A stretch of 64,000 bases of DNA from a virus (IMGVR_UViG_3300010388_000228:1-64000), one strand, 5' to 3'; shown: positions 1-8,213, counted from the first letter of the stretch. Made by a program: numbers and translations. Notes: generated by a model from the sequence alone, not told the origin.

Positions 1-60
1 GCAATCCAGCGCATAGTTTGTTATACTATGCGCTTACTAACACACAATGCGGAGCTTACT

Positions 61-222
61 ATGCCAAAATACACACGTGAAGATTTAATCCAATTATTAG
101 ATCGTGCAATGTCTTATATTGAGAACCCAGGCTTCTATTCAGATAACGAACTAACTGAAATGTTAGACGACGTGCAAGAAGCTATCGATGCTGAACAAAC
201 TACAGCTGACACTTGGGAGTAA
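61..222 (+). CDS. small acidic hypothetical early protein
   Basis: ATG at 61 follows TATACT and the conserved leader cttactaacacacaatgcGGAGC; the ORF-track start at 28 lies in the promoter/leader. Confidence 0.7.
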   Translation: MPKYTREDLIQLLDRAMSYIENPGFYSDNELTEMLDDVQEAIDAEQTTADTWE

Positions 223-225
223 GAT

Positions 226-495
226 ATGAAACGTGTATTACTAGCGTTAGCACTTACATCAAATGTAATGGCTGAGCCTTTAGTAACTATTCCAGCATAT
301 AAAGATACTACTGGCTTTTATGCACACGTTCGTTGTTCAGGCCAGAGCCTATACGAAGTATGCCCAACTAAAATAGAAGTAAACTGTTGTGTGGAAGCCC
401 CCAAACAGATCCACTTACCGCGCACTGACACTAGAGCACAGATGCGTAAAATTGACCCCAACGCGGACTACCGCTACAGCTACAGGATACAATAA
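226..495 (+). CDS. hypothetical secreted Cys-containing protein
   Basis: N-terminal signal-peptide-like MKRVLLALALTSNVMA; GGGAG RBS. Confidence 0.65.
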   Translation: MKRVLLALALTSNVMAEPLVTIPAYKDTTGFYAHVRCSGQSLYEVCPTKIEVNCCVEAPKQIHLPRTDTRAQMRKIDPNADYRYSYRIQ

Positions 496-737
496 TGAAT
501 ACAGCATTACTTAAGAAGATTGGCAACATCATTTGTTATATTATTACCGCATTTACACTTAGCATGGCTATATGGATTGCGTCAGCACCTCCTAGCTTAG
601 AAGGTGATGAATATAAAGTGTGTATGGAGACGGCTAAAAACTTAGCCCCAGATGCCGACACTAAGTATTTAATACAACGTGGTTGCTTTGGCAACGCCTT
701 AATCAAACTTGGACAATCAATCGAACACGTCCAATAA
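495..737 (+). CDS. hypothetical membrane protein
   Basis: TAATG overlap with upstream gene; one hydrophobic segment near the N-terminus. Confidence 0.65.
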   Translation: MNTALLKKIGNIICYIITAFTLSMAIWIASAPPSLEGDEYKVCMETAKNLAPDADTKYLIQRGCFGNALIKLGQSIEHVQ

Positions 738-746
738 CAATAATGG

Positions 747-769
747 CGTAGTAGGCTCGCCTACTACGC
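747..769 (+). terminator. GC-rich hairpin, possible terminator or processing site
   Basis: gcgtagtaggc / gcctactacgc inverted repeat after the ORF; weak U tract. Confidence 0.4.
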
Positions 770-788
770 TACCCTTTAAGGATTTATT

Positions 789-983
789 ATGATAATCACA
801 TTACATAGAGTAGTTCATAAATCAACAGTAGAAATTGTAACACACGAAATGGATATTAAAGTAGCGGCTATCACAGCATTCCACGATGGGTTTATAGTAG
901 CAGGTGGCCATCAATTCAATGTAGTAGAGTCTAGATACGAAATCAATCAAAAGATTACAGAGTCAGGTGCAGTATGGGACTAA
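789..983 (+). CDS. small hypothetical protein (FlbD-like pattern), similar to 11508..11696
   Basis: MIITL...FNVVESRYEI pattern; AAGGA RBS. Confidence 0.55.
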   Translation: MIITLHRVVHKSTVEIVTHEMDIKVAAITAFHDGFIVAGGHQFNVVESRYEINQKITESGAVWD

Positions 984-1348
984 TACCAGATAACCCATAT
1001 CCATCTAAGCCAAGCTCATACTTTTCAAAAACAATCATTAGCAATAGCGATATGCAAGAGTTAAAAACTGGCATTAGCGAGAAGATGATCAAGCCATTGC
1101 TTAGATGGGCAGGTAGAACTATGCTAAACGTAGAAGTAGCTCCTAGATCCGAAAATAAAATGACATTTGACGAAGCTCAAATGTATATCCTATTCTGCCG
1201 GTATAATGGTAAGAAGAACTGGCGTCTACCTACAAGGCATGAATGGGAAACAATATATGGATGGGAAACACCTGTATGGCTCGTTGAAAAAGACAATGTA
1301 GTTATCGACGAAATGTGGTACGTACAGCCAGTTAGGGATACAAAGTGA
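974..1348 (+). CDS. DUF1566-like array member 1 (N-terminal extension)
   Basis: EVAP..TFDEAQMY..NWRLPTRHE..PVRD. Confidence 0.75.
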   Translation: MGLIPDNPYPSKPSSYFSKTIISNSDMQELKTGISEKMIKPLLRWAGRTMLNVEVAPRSENKMTFDEAQMYILFCRYNGKKNWRLPTRHEWETIYGWETPVWLVEKDNVVIDEMWYVQPVRDTK

Positions 1349-1590
1349 TTGAATTGGCACCACTTGAGTTATGGAAATACGACTTAAACAAAGTAGAAGC
1401 TAAGATGGCAATTTTTATGACAAAAGGTTATAGAATTGGAACCCTTGAAGAAATGAATTCTCTAAAAGACGATATACTATCAATAGATGATACTATGTGG
1501 GACGCATGGACATTAGATGCAGTACACAGTGACAACGTTCCGGACACAGAAACTGGAACGTTGATTCCAATAAGGACTAAACAATGTTAG
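1345..1590 (+). CDS. DUF1566-like array member 2 (divergent)
   Basis: IELAP..GYRIGTLEE..PIRT; GTG start overlapping upstream stop. Confidence 0.65.
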   Translation: MIELAPLELWKYDLNKVEAKMAIFMTKGYRIGTLEEMNSLKDDILSIDDTMWDAWTLDAVHSDNVPDTETGTLIPIRTKQC

Positions 1591-1823
1591 AATATGGTAA
1601 GAAATCAGAAAACGACTTAGACTATGATGGGGCATATATGTATTGCTTTTGGCATGAGCCAGTAGGCACTTGGAGACTTCCAACTGAACAGGAATACTTC
1701 CAGACAATGCTACGCTACCCAGGTAACGTAATACCTAAATGGTACGAAGACAGAGATCAGCTTGAAGAGAAGATCTTTCAACAACCAGCTAAAATGCGTG
1801 TAGTGCCTGTACGATCACTATGA
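1584..1823 (+). CDS. DUF1566-like array member 3
   Basis: YDGAYMYC..WRLPTEQE..PVRS. Confidence 0.75.
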   Translation: MLEYGKKSENDLDYDGAYMYCFWHEPVGTWRLPTEQEYFQTMLRYPGNVIPKWYEDRDQLEEKIFQQPAKMRVVPVRSL

Positions 1824-2080
1824 TCCAAGTCAGTTACTATGCTAACAATATACGGAATCACTATCCAATTGAAGTAGCACCGACTTCTAACGAAATGATG
1901 ACATACGAAAACGCTAAACTCTATGTTCTGTTCTATGAACACAACGGACATAGAGATTGGAGACTGCCTACGTTACAAGAATGGCTTAGCCATAACCCGC
2001 CACTAATAGGGTGGGATGATCATGGAGATGATAGTACTGATATAGTCCGTTATGTAACCCCAGTGAGAGATATAAAATGA
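1820..2080 (+). CDS. DUF1566-like array member 4
   Basis: IEVAP..DWRLPTLQE..PVRD. Confidence 0.75.
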   Translation: MIQVSYYANNIRNHYPIEVAPTSNEMMTYENAKLYVLFYEHNGHRDWRLPTLQEWLSHNPPLIGWDDHGDDSTDIVRYVTPVRDIK

Positions 2081-2316
2081 TCGAACTAGCACCCGAAACA
2101 CATTGGCTTACGCATTGTACACAAGATGAAGCATCCATGTATATCTTGTTTCAAAAAGGCTGGCGCCTTCCTAAAATAAAAGAACTTAATCAAGTAAGAA
2201 AATTGTTAGGAGTACGCTATATTGTAATATGGACTCAAGAAGCTGTAAGCAACTTTGAAAGTAATCAGCTGATGTATATTAAAGCACGAGTAATCCCAGT
2301 GAGGGACGTATGCTAA
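2077..2316 (+). CDS. DUF1566-like array member 5
   Basis: MIELAP..GWRLPKIKE..PVRD. Confidence 0.75.
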   Translation: MIELAPETHWLTHCTQDEASMYILFQKGWRLPKIKELNQVRKLLGVRYIVIWTQEAVSNFESNQLMYIKARVIPVRDVC

Positions 2317-2738
2317 AAATGGCTGAGCCATCACCGCATGCCTTATCGTACGACGATGCCTGGCTCTATTGTGCAACTTGTACAGCTGATAGATATTATG
2401 ATTGGCGATTACCTACTTATAATGAGTATCAATCTAACCAATTGCGTAACAGCTACGGTTGGACTGAGGATAGCGACTACAGAGGTAAAATACGAACTTT
2501 CCCAGTAAGGAGTATGAAAACAATTGAAGGCCCAGTATCTATTCCACTACCGTATGACGAAGCTTGGCTATATTGTGCTACCCTAACCCGTGATAACAAA
2601 TACGATTGGCGGATGCCTTCTAGTTTAGAATACAATGATTTAAGTATGGGTAAAACTTGGTATATAGAACGGTTAATGGCCTATAAAAAGAATGATAATA
2701 TCGGCAAGTTGAAAGTAGTACCACTGAGAACTATATGA
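2310..2738 (+). CDS. DUF1566-like array member 6, two fused domains
   Basis: Two AWLYCAT..YDWR.P units; internal AAGGAG plus in-frame ATG at 2514. Confidence 0.8.
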   Translation: MLKMAEPSPHALSYDDAWLYCATCTADRYYDWRLPTYNEYQSNQLRNSYGWTEDSDYRGKIRTFPVRSMKTIEGPVSIPLPYDEAWLYCATLTRDNKYDWRMPSSLEYNDLSMGKTWYIERLMAYKKNDNIGKLKVVPLRTI

Positions 2739-2953
2739 TTGAACAAGCAGACAAGAATAAGACAAAATTTTTGTATGATGACGCATGGCTCTATTGTGCT
2801 ACCCTAACCCAAGATAACAAGTATAATTGGCGCATACCTACGTTTAATGAATGCTCAAAGTATAATATGGATTCGCATTGGGACACGCGGCCTAGCGAGT
2901 CTTATGCGTACAGAGGTGTTGCATGGTACATAACCCCAGTGAGAGACTTATGA
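2735..2953 (+). CDS. DUF1566-like array member 7
   Basis: AWLYCATLT..YNWRIPT..PVRD. Confidence 0.8.
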   Translation: MIEQADKNKTKFLYDDAWLYCATLTQDNKYNWRIPTFNECSKYNMDSHWDTRPSESYAYRGVAWYITPVRDL

Positions 2954-3156
2954 TTGAACAAGCCCTAAGAACAGATTATGGTATGTGCTATGACTCTGCA
3001 TTCGTATACTGTCTAACATTAGATTATAATGGCCATAAAGATTGGCGATTACCTACACTTGATGAATATGCATCTTCAAACATAACCCGTAGCTGGTATG
3101 AAGGCCGCGAACGCGATTGTTTTAATTGGGCAGCTACCCCAGTGAGAGACCTATGA
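2950..3156 (+). CDS. DUF1566-like array member 8
   Basis: Start reassigned to ATG 2950 (ATGA overlap, MIEQA); KDWRLPT..PVRD. Confidence 0.8.
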   Translation: MIEQALRTDYGMCYDSAFVYCLTLDYNGHKDWRLPTLDEYASSNITRSWYEGRERDCFNWAATPVRDL

Positions 3157-3380
3157 TTAAACGAGGCCCAGGGTCACCTAAAAGATTATGCCACGACGAC
3201 GCCTGGCTATATTGTGCTACCCTAACACATGAGAACAAATACGATTGGCGTATGCCCAATCGTTCAGAACACACCTCTATTCCACCTAGTACTTGGTTTG
3301 ATGGTAGGTTTTCTCAGTATTCAGAGTATCATACTAGCATGTCAATGTCTGTAACCCCAGTGAGAGAAATATATGATTGA
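3153..3380 (+). CDS. DUF1566-like array member 9
   Basis: Start at ATG 3153 (ATGA overlap); AWLYCATLT..YDWRMP..PVRE. Confidence 0.8.
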   Translation: MIKRGPGSPKRLCHDDAWLYCATLTHENKYDWRMPNRSEHTSIPPSTWFDGRFSQYSEYHTSMSMSVTPVREIYD

Positions 3381-3579
3381 ACGAGCTCCAAGAACAACTT
3401 ATGAAATGTGCTATGACTCTGCATTCTTATACTGCCTAATATTAGAATATAAGGGACATAAAGATTGGCGAATACCTACTGAAGAAGAATATTCAACTTT
3501 AACAATTTCATACGGTTGGCATGAAGGCCGGGAGTGGAGTGCCTTTAAATGGGGAGTTACCCCAGTGAGAGACATATGA
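3373..3579 (+). CDS. DUF1566-like array member 10 (close paralog of member 8)
   Basis: MCYDSAF.YCL..GHKDWR.PT..EGRE..PVRD. Confidence 0.8.
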   Translation: MIERAPRTTYEMCYDSAFLYCLILEYKGHKDWRIPTEEEYSTLTISYGWHEGREWSAFKWGVTPVRDI

Positions 3580-3794
3580 TTGAATTATACGAATATCCTA
3601 AATCATTAAAAGTAAGCTATGCGGACGCTGAACTGCTATCTTGGACTTGTACACACAACAACAAGTATGATTGGAGACTTCCTACAAAGTGGGATGATAT
3701 CCCATTCATTATGCAAGTTGAATGCTGGAATCCAACTGGCTCACCTTACGAGTTTGAATACAGAAAGTTTAGACCGGTAGTATTAGTAAGATGA
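3576..3794 (+). CDS. DUF1566-like array member 11
   Basis: Start at ATG 3576; WTCTHNNKYDWRLPT. Confidence 0.8.
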   Translation: MIELYEYPKSLKVSYADAELLSWTCTHNNKYDWRLPTKWDDIPFIMQVECWNPTGSPYEFEYRKFRPVVLVR

Positions 3795-4003
3795 TTGAAA
3801 TAGGACCATCACTACACAAAGTTGATTATGATACTGCTTGGTTATATACCGCCACTCTAACACATAAAGACAAATACGATTGGCGATGGCCTACACTCTC
3901 TGACTTTCGTCATGTCCATAATATCCCAAATTCAATATGGTATCAAGGCTATCTTCCTAACCAATTAGACACACGAAAGATATACCCAGTGAGAGACATA
4001 TGA
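3791..4003 (+). CDS. DUF1566-like array member 12
   Basis: AWLYTATLT..YDWRWPT..PVRD. Confidence 0.8.
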   Translation: MIEIGPSLHKVDYDTAWLYTATLTHKDKYDWRWPTLSDFRHVHNIPNSIWYQGYLPNQLDTRKIYPVRDI

Positions 4004-4230
4004 TTGAAACTGCTCCAGTAAGTAAGGTTACACTACCATTTGACATCGCATGGATGTATGTGTTATTATTAGACTATAACAACAAAAAAGACTGGCGATT
4101 ACCAACCTTTGATGAAATTTTAGAAAATGATAGCCTACAAGTTGGAGTATGGACTAAAGAATACATTGACTCAAGCCCAGATTATTCTAAATGGTTTAAA
4201 AAACCAGTAACTCCAGTGAGAGACATATGA
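4000..4230 (+). CDS. DUF1566-like array member 13
   Basis: MIETAP..KDWRLPT..PVRD. Confidence 0.8.
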   Translation: MIETAPVSKVTLPFDIAWMYVLLLDYNNKKDWRLPTFDEILENDSLQVGVWTKEYIDSSPDYSKWFKKPVTPVRDI

Positions 4231-4451
4231 TTGAAACTGCTCCAGTAAGTATAGATACACTACCATTTGACATAGCATGGCTCTATTGTGCTACCCTAAC
4301 ATATGATAACAAAAACGACTGGCGATTTCCTACATTTGGTGAATATGTATACGATCTTAATACAATAGTGGGTGTATGGCATGAGAGTGATAGTAACAAT
4401 CGCACCAGCTTTTCACGATACGCACAACCAGTAAGGACCAAAGATGATTGA
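4227..4451 (+). CDS. DUF1566-like array member 14
   Basis: MIETAP..AWLYCATLT..DWRFPT..PVRT. Confidence 0.8.
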   Translation: MIETAPVSIDTLPFDIAWLYCATLTYDNKNDWRFPTFGEYVYDLNTIVGVWHESDSNNRTSFSRYAQPVRTKDD

Positions 4452-4677
4452 AACTGCGCCAGTAAGTGAGGATAAACTAACATTTGACGAAGCCTGGCTG
4501 TATGTGTTATTATTAGACTACAACAACAAAAAAGACTGGCGCTTACCCGAGTTTCTTGAATATATGCACGAATACGATGTTAATAAAACAGGGTTCCTAT
4601 GGTTTTTGGACACTACTCCTGCCAACATTCACAGCCTCACCCGCCGCACACTACCAGTAAGGACTAAAGATGATTGA
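4444..4677 (+). CDS. DUF1566-like array member 15
   Basis: MIETAP..KDWRLP..PVRT. Confidence 0.8.
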   Translation: MIETAPVSEDKLTFDEAWLYVLLLDYNNKKDWRLPEFLEYMHEYDVNKTGFLWFLDTTPANIHSLTRRTLPVRTKDD

Positions 4678-4900
4678 ACACGCGCCGTTAGTCAAATACC
4701 TTAGTATAGATGAAGCTGAACTATACACAATGACACTTACCTATAACAACAAGTATGACTGGAGAATTCCTACTATACCTGAACTAAAAACAATACCAAG
4801 GCATTTTCTACCTGTATGTTGGCATCAACATGATCTTATAGCACCACGGCTTGAAGATATGAAATGCGGAGTAATAGCAGTGAGGACTAAAGATGATTGA
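4670..4900 (+). CDS. DUF1566-like array member 16
   Basis: MIEHAP..YDWRIPT..AVRT. Confidence 0.8.
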   Translation: MIEHAPLVKYLSIDEAELYTMTLTYNNKYDWRIPTIPELKTIPRHFLPVCWHQHDLIAPRLEDMKCGVIAVRTKDD

Positions 4901-5096
4901 AGCAGCGCCTTTTTCACCATTGATGGCATACGACGATGCATTCTTATATGCAATAACCTGTACACATAACGACAAGTATGACTGGCGAATACCTGTTCCT
5001 AGTGACTTCTCCAACAAATTAGCTGCTAAACCAAGAACACTAGGTCAACGCCGCAAAATACAATTTTGCCCAGTAAGAGGATCAATAGATGATTGA
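4893..5096 (+). CDS. DUF1566-like array member 17
   Basis: MIEAAP..YDWRIP..PVRG. Confidence 0.8.
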   Translation: MIEAAPFSPLMAYDDAFLYAITCTHNDKYDWRIPVPSDFSNKLAAKPRTLGQRRKIQFCPVRGSIDD

Positions 5097-5334
5097 AATG
5101 GGACCAATAATTACAACACATCATGTTGACTACGATACCGCATTGTTAGCTACCATAACCTGTACGTTCGGCAATCACTATGATTGGCGTGTGCCTACAG
5201 ACGACGAATGGATAAGTTATGGTTGGATAAAAAGTTGGACTTGGAACGAATCTCGCATGGCTAGATATTCAGGTATTCCTCATGAGGATATCGTATCGTA
5301 TGCACTTTGCATAGTAAGGAATAAAGATGAGTAA
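5089..5334 (+). CDS. DUF1566-like array member 18
   Basis: MIEMGP..YDWRVPT..IVRN. Confidence 0.8.
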   Translation: MIEMGPIITTHHVDYDTALLATITCTFGNHYDWRVPTDDEWISYGWIKSWTWNESRMARYSGIPHEDIVSYALCIVRNKDE

Positions 5335-5542
5335 GTATATAGAAATAGCCCCTACCACTACTCTGTTTACGTATGACGAAGCATGGCTCTACTGTGCTAC
5401 ATTGACTCATAATGGCAAATATAATTGGAGAATACCTACCGAAAACGAGTATTTAGATTATGAGATTGATGGTTGGTTAGATGAAGAAAAAGACGACTAC
5501 GTGTTGTGGCCTCAACAAGTAACCCCAGTGAGAGATGTATGA
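5327..5542 (+). CDS. DUF1566-like array member 19
   Basis: IEIAP..AWLYCATLT..YNWRIPT..PVRD. Confidence 0.8.
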   Translation: MSKYIEIAPTTTLFTYDEAWLYCATLTHNGKYNWRIPTENEYLDYEIDGWLDEEKDDYVLWPQQVTPVRDV

Positions 5543-5778
5543 TTGAAATAGGTAAAACAACAGCCGTTGCGCTTGACTATGACACTGCATGGCTTTATAC
5601 TATTACTTCAACTTACAACAACAAATACGATTGGCGAATGCCATCTTGGTACGAATGGGGCGTATATACGGTCATTCCACAAGATGCATGGACCGATAAC
5701 CTTACTCCTGTTGATCAGTGGGGAAACCTAATTTATAACTTTGGTACCTTAGTGAGAGATATTAAAGATGATGTTTGA
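5539..5778 (+). CDS. DUF1566-like array member 20
   Basis: Start at ATG 5539; YDWRMPS..LVRD. Confidence 0.8.
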   Translation: MIEIGKTTAVALDYDTAWLYTITSTYNNKYDWRMPSWYEWGVYTVIPQDAWTDNLTPVDQWGNLIYNFGTLVRDIKDDV

Positions 5779-5989
5779 ATATGCAACGCATAGTGAAGAG
5801 TCAGTTAGCTTTGACCAAGCATGGCTCTATTGTGCTACTTGTACACATAAAGACAAATACGATTGGCGTTTACCAACACACAAAGAATGGATTATGAATG
5901 ATATCCCATATTATGTTTGGTTTAATGATCGTTTTGCCGTTGCTGCTGAAGTGTACAGTGTAGTACCAGTAAGGGGGTATGAATGGTAG
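5768..5989 (+). CDS. DUF1566-like array member 21
   Basis: AWLYCATCT..YDWRLPT..PVRG. Confidence 0.8.
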   Translation: MMFEYATHSEESVSFDQAWLYCATCTHKDKYDWRLPTHKEWIMNDIPYYVWFNDRFAVAAEVYSVVPVRGYEW

Positions 5990-6237
5990 TTGGCCCACAC
6001 TCAACAATACAACTAACTGCAGAAGAAGCTGACCTGTTTATTTGGACTTGCTCACACAATAACAAATACGATTGGCGAGCCCCATCTGCCCATGAATGTA
6101 CTAGATCAAGATTTAATAAAACCGCAAATATGACTTGGACAACTTACCGACTTATCGTTGCCGATGAAGCCTCCAGAAGAGGATATGGTGACGCTAGGTT
6201 CTTTGCAGCCACAGTGAGAGATAATAATGGCATTTGA
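5983..6237 (+). CDS. DUF1566-like array member 22
   Basis: WTCSHNNKYDWRAPS..TVRD. Confidence 0.8.
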   Translation: MVVGPHSTIQLTAEEADLFIWTCSHNNKYDWRAPSAHECTRSRFNKTANMTWTTYRLIVADEASRRGYGDARFFAATVRDNNGI

Positions 6238-6838
6238 TATACAACCGTTGTTTGCAAACCCAGTACTTACAACTATTCCGGACGGTATGGTAACACCTTA
6301 CTATAATGCAATTAACCATTGCAAGGCATTAGATTATTATATCAATGTAGGACGTAACTTAACAAGCAGCGATACAAAGATACTAGATCATCCAGTATTT
6401 GTAGAAATTAACGATCTGATACAACATGCGATTAATCAATATGCACATGACATAATGAAATGGGATAACGTTGAGCTTTATGTTACCCAATCTTGGATCA
6501 ATATTAACCCTAAAGGTACCGAACATCATAGTCACTATCACCCAAATAGCGTAATTAGTGGTGTATTCTATCTTCAAACAGTTACTGATGATTCTATTGT
6601 GTTTCGAAACGATAACTGCTCGTTACCATTTGAATTTGATAGAACTGAGTATAACATATGGAATTCTAATATATGGAGGATTCCTGTATCTACTAATGAA
6701 ATTGTGATTTTTCCATCAAGCCTGTGGCATAGTGTTGATACCCACGATGATGATGTTGATAGGATTAGCATTGCATTTAATGTATTCTTCCGAGGCCATG
6801 CCGGTGGTGAAATTCGATTAACTCACTTACCCTTATGA
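6227..6838 (+). CDS. 2OG-Fe(II) oxygenase (TIGR02466-like)
   Basis: SWININ..HxHPNSVISGVFY..IFPSSLWHSV..RISIAFN. Confidence 0.85.
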   Translation: MAFDIQPLFANPVLTTIPDGMVTPYYNAINHCKALDYYINVGRNLTSSDTKILDHPVFVEINDLIQHAINQYAHDIMKWDNVELYVTQSWININPKGTEHHSHYHPNSVISGVFYLQTVTDDSIVFRNDNCSLPFEFDRTEYNIWNSNIWRIPVSTNEIVIFPSSLWHSVDTHDDDVDRISIAFNVFFRGHAGGEIRLTHLPL

Positions 6839-7071
6839 TTGAACACGCACCTGAAACCCCTATACACAATATAGAACTTACTGAACTATTTGCTTGGACT
6901 TGTACACACAACAACAAGTACGATTGGCGAGTGCCTACCATACTAGAACAAGAGCAATCTAAAAAAGATAAGTGTAGGCTTGCAACCGTGTATTATGATG
7001 AAACTGAAGCCGGCAGGCTACCCATTACATACACCAACACTGCTAAGTTTATCCCAGTGAGAGACGTATGA
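6835..7071 (+). CDS. DUF1566-like array member 23
   Basis: MIEHAP..YDWRVPT..PVRD. Confidence 0.8.
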   Translation: MIEHAPETPIHNIELTELFAWTCTHNNKYDWRVPTILEQEQSKKDKCRLATVYYDETEAGRLPITYTNTAKFIPVRDV

Positions 7072-7286
7072 TTGAAATAGCATACAAAAGCCGAGATAAA
7101 CTATGCAAAGACCCAGCTTGGCTCTATTGTGCCACTTGTACACACGATAACAAGTATGACTGGCGACTTCCAACTGATCATGAACTTAATACTGATGAAC
7201 TGCTAAACTCCAGTTATCAATTTACTTGGGCAGAAGACGATATGGCCGGCTATGTCCTATACGCAATCCCAGTGAGAGACTTATGA
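7068..7286 (+). CDS. DUF1566-like array member 24
   Basis: AWLYCATCT..YDWRLPT..PVRD. Confidence 0.8.
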   Translation: MIEIAYKSRDKLCKDPAWLYCATCTHDNKYDWRLPTDHELNTDELLNSSYQFTWAEDDMAGYVLYAIPVRDL

Positions 7287-7510
7287 TTGAACAAGCACCT
7301 CGATCCCCTAAACTATACAGAGACGAAGCATTCCTGTGGGTTTGGACTTGCTCACACAATAACAAATACGACTGGCAACTTCCAATCAGACACGACGCTA
7401 GCGACGGCTGGAATAGCTGGAATGCTTACAAATTGAATATGTTTGAACACGACAAATCGTACGAATGGATGCACTGGCCAATCACACCCGTGAGAACTAC
7501 TAATGATTGA
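7283..7510 (+). CDS. DUF1566-like array member 25
   Basis: Start at ATG 7283; YDWQLP..PVRT. Confidence 0.8.
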   Translation: MIEQAPRSPKLYRDEAFLWVWTCSHNNKYDWQLPIRHDASDGWNSWNAYKLNMFEHDKSYEWMHWPITPVRTTND

Positions 7511-7709
7511 ACAAGCACCAAAACTTAAACAAGAGCTGGATTATGACGAAGCTTGGCTTTACTGCGCCACACTAACCCACAATAACAAATACGACTGGCG
7601 CCTCCCTACACATAAAGAATACATGAGCCACGAACACATCGTAGGTTGGTTTAAACACAGAGATAGCTGGGGAGACTTCCCAATTATACCCGTGAGAGAC
7701 AAACTATGA
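7503..7709 (+). CDS. DUF1566-like array member 26
   Basis: AWLYCATLTHNNKYDWRLPT..PVRD. Confidence 0.8.
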   Translation: MIEQAPKLKQELDYDEAWLYCATLTHNNKYDWRLPTHKEYMSHEHIVGWFKHRDSWGDFPIIPVRDKL

Positions 7710-7954
7710 TTATCGAACAAGCTCCCCCATCACTCCAACCCCTGTCTATAGAAGATACCTTCTTATACACTATAACTTGCTCACACAACAACAAACACGA
7801 CTGGCGTCTCCCCACCCATAAAGAGGTAGCTTACTATGCTTTGAACAACTGCTGGCGCAATATTGATAGCGACGATAACAATGACTGGGCTAAGACTAGA
7901 TGGCACAATTGGAGTTCTCGCTATGTGTGTATCCCCGTGAGAGACAAACTATGA
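7706..7954 (+). CDS. DUF1566-like array member 27
   Basis: IEQAP..HDWRLPT..PVRD. Confidence 0.8.
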   Translation: MIIEQAPPSLQPLSIEDTFLYTITCSHNNKHDWRLPTHKEVAYYALNNCWRNIDSDDNNDWAKTRWHNWSSRYVCIPVRDKL

Positions 7955-8190
7955 AAGAAACCGCCATACAATCTAAACATAAACAAACCCAAGACGAAGC
8001 GTTCTTGTACATTATAACCTGTACACATAACAATCATTACGACTGGAGATTCCCTACTATATACGAATTTATATATAGTGGATTTTTTACTAATCGAGAT
8101 GTTTGGAATATTGAGAATGTGAATAATCCGTATCTTAATATAGTAAAAGTGAAATATATGACTCTTCCTATTAGAGATATAAAGAGATAA
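7951..8190 (+). CDS. DUF1566-like array member 28
   Basis: Start at ATG 7951; YDWRFPT..PIRD. Confidence 0.8.
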   Translation: MKETAIQSKHKQTQDEAFLYIITCTHNNHYDWRFPTIYEFIYSGFFTNRDVWNIENVNNPYLNIVKVKYMTLPIRDIKR

Positions 8191-8213
8191 TGCAACACAT
8201 CCATTGCATACAC

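Larger units (their letters stand above)
974..8190 (+). repeat. tandem array of 28 paralogous mini-genes (29 domains), DUF1566/Lcl-C (CLec-like) scaffold
   Basis: Recurrent protein blocks MIE.AP, D.AWLYC.T.T.NNKYDWRxPT..E and PVRD; recurrent DNA junction ccagtgagagac..ATGAttgaa; overlapping stop/start codons. Confidence 0.9.

Noticed and set aside
2923-7950. ORF-track starts at 2923, 3126, 3549, 5506, 7226 and 7900 (..PSER.. peptides)
   Set aside because: These are off-frame readings of the upstream PVRD junction; the true starts are the overlapping ATGs at 2950, 3153, 3576, 5539, 7283 and 7951.
974-8190. Diversity-generating retroelement
   Set aside because: No reverse transcriptase or non-coding template repeat is visible in the window, and differences between close paralogs (2950 versus 3373) involve all bases rather than only adenines. 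An RT elsewhere in the genome cannot be excluded.
974-8190. CRISPR array or integron cassette array
   Set aside because: The repeats are degenerate, coding and about 210-250 bp apart; there are no intergenic attC-like palindromes, integrase or cas genes.
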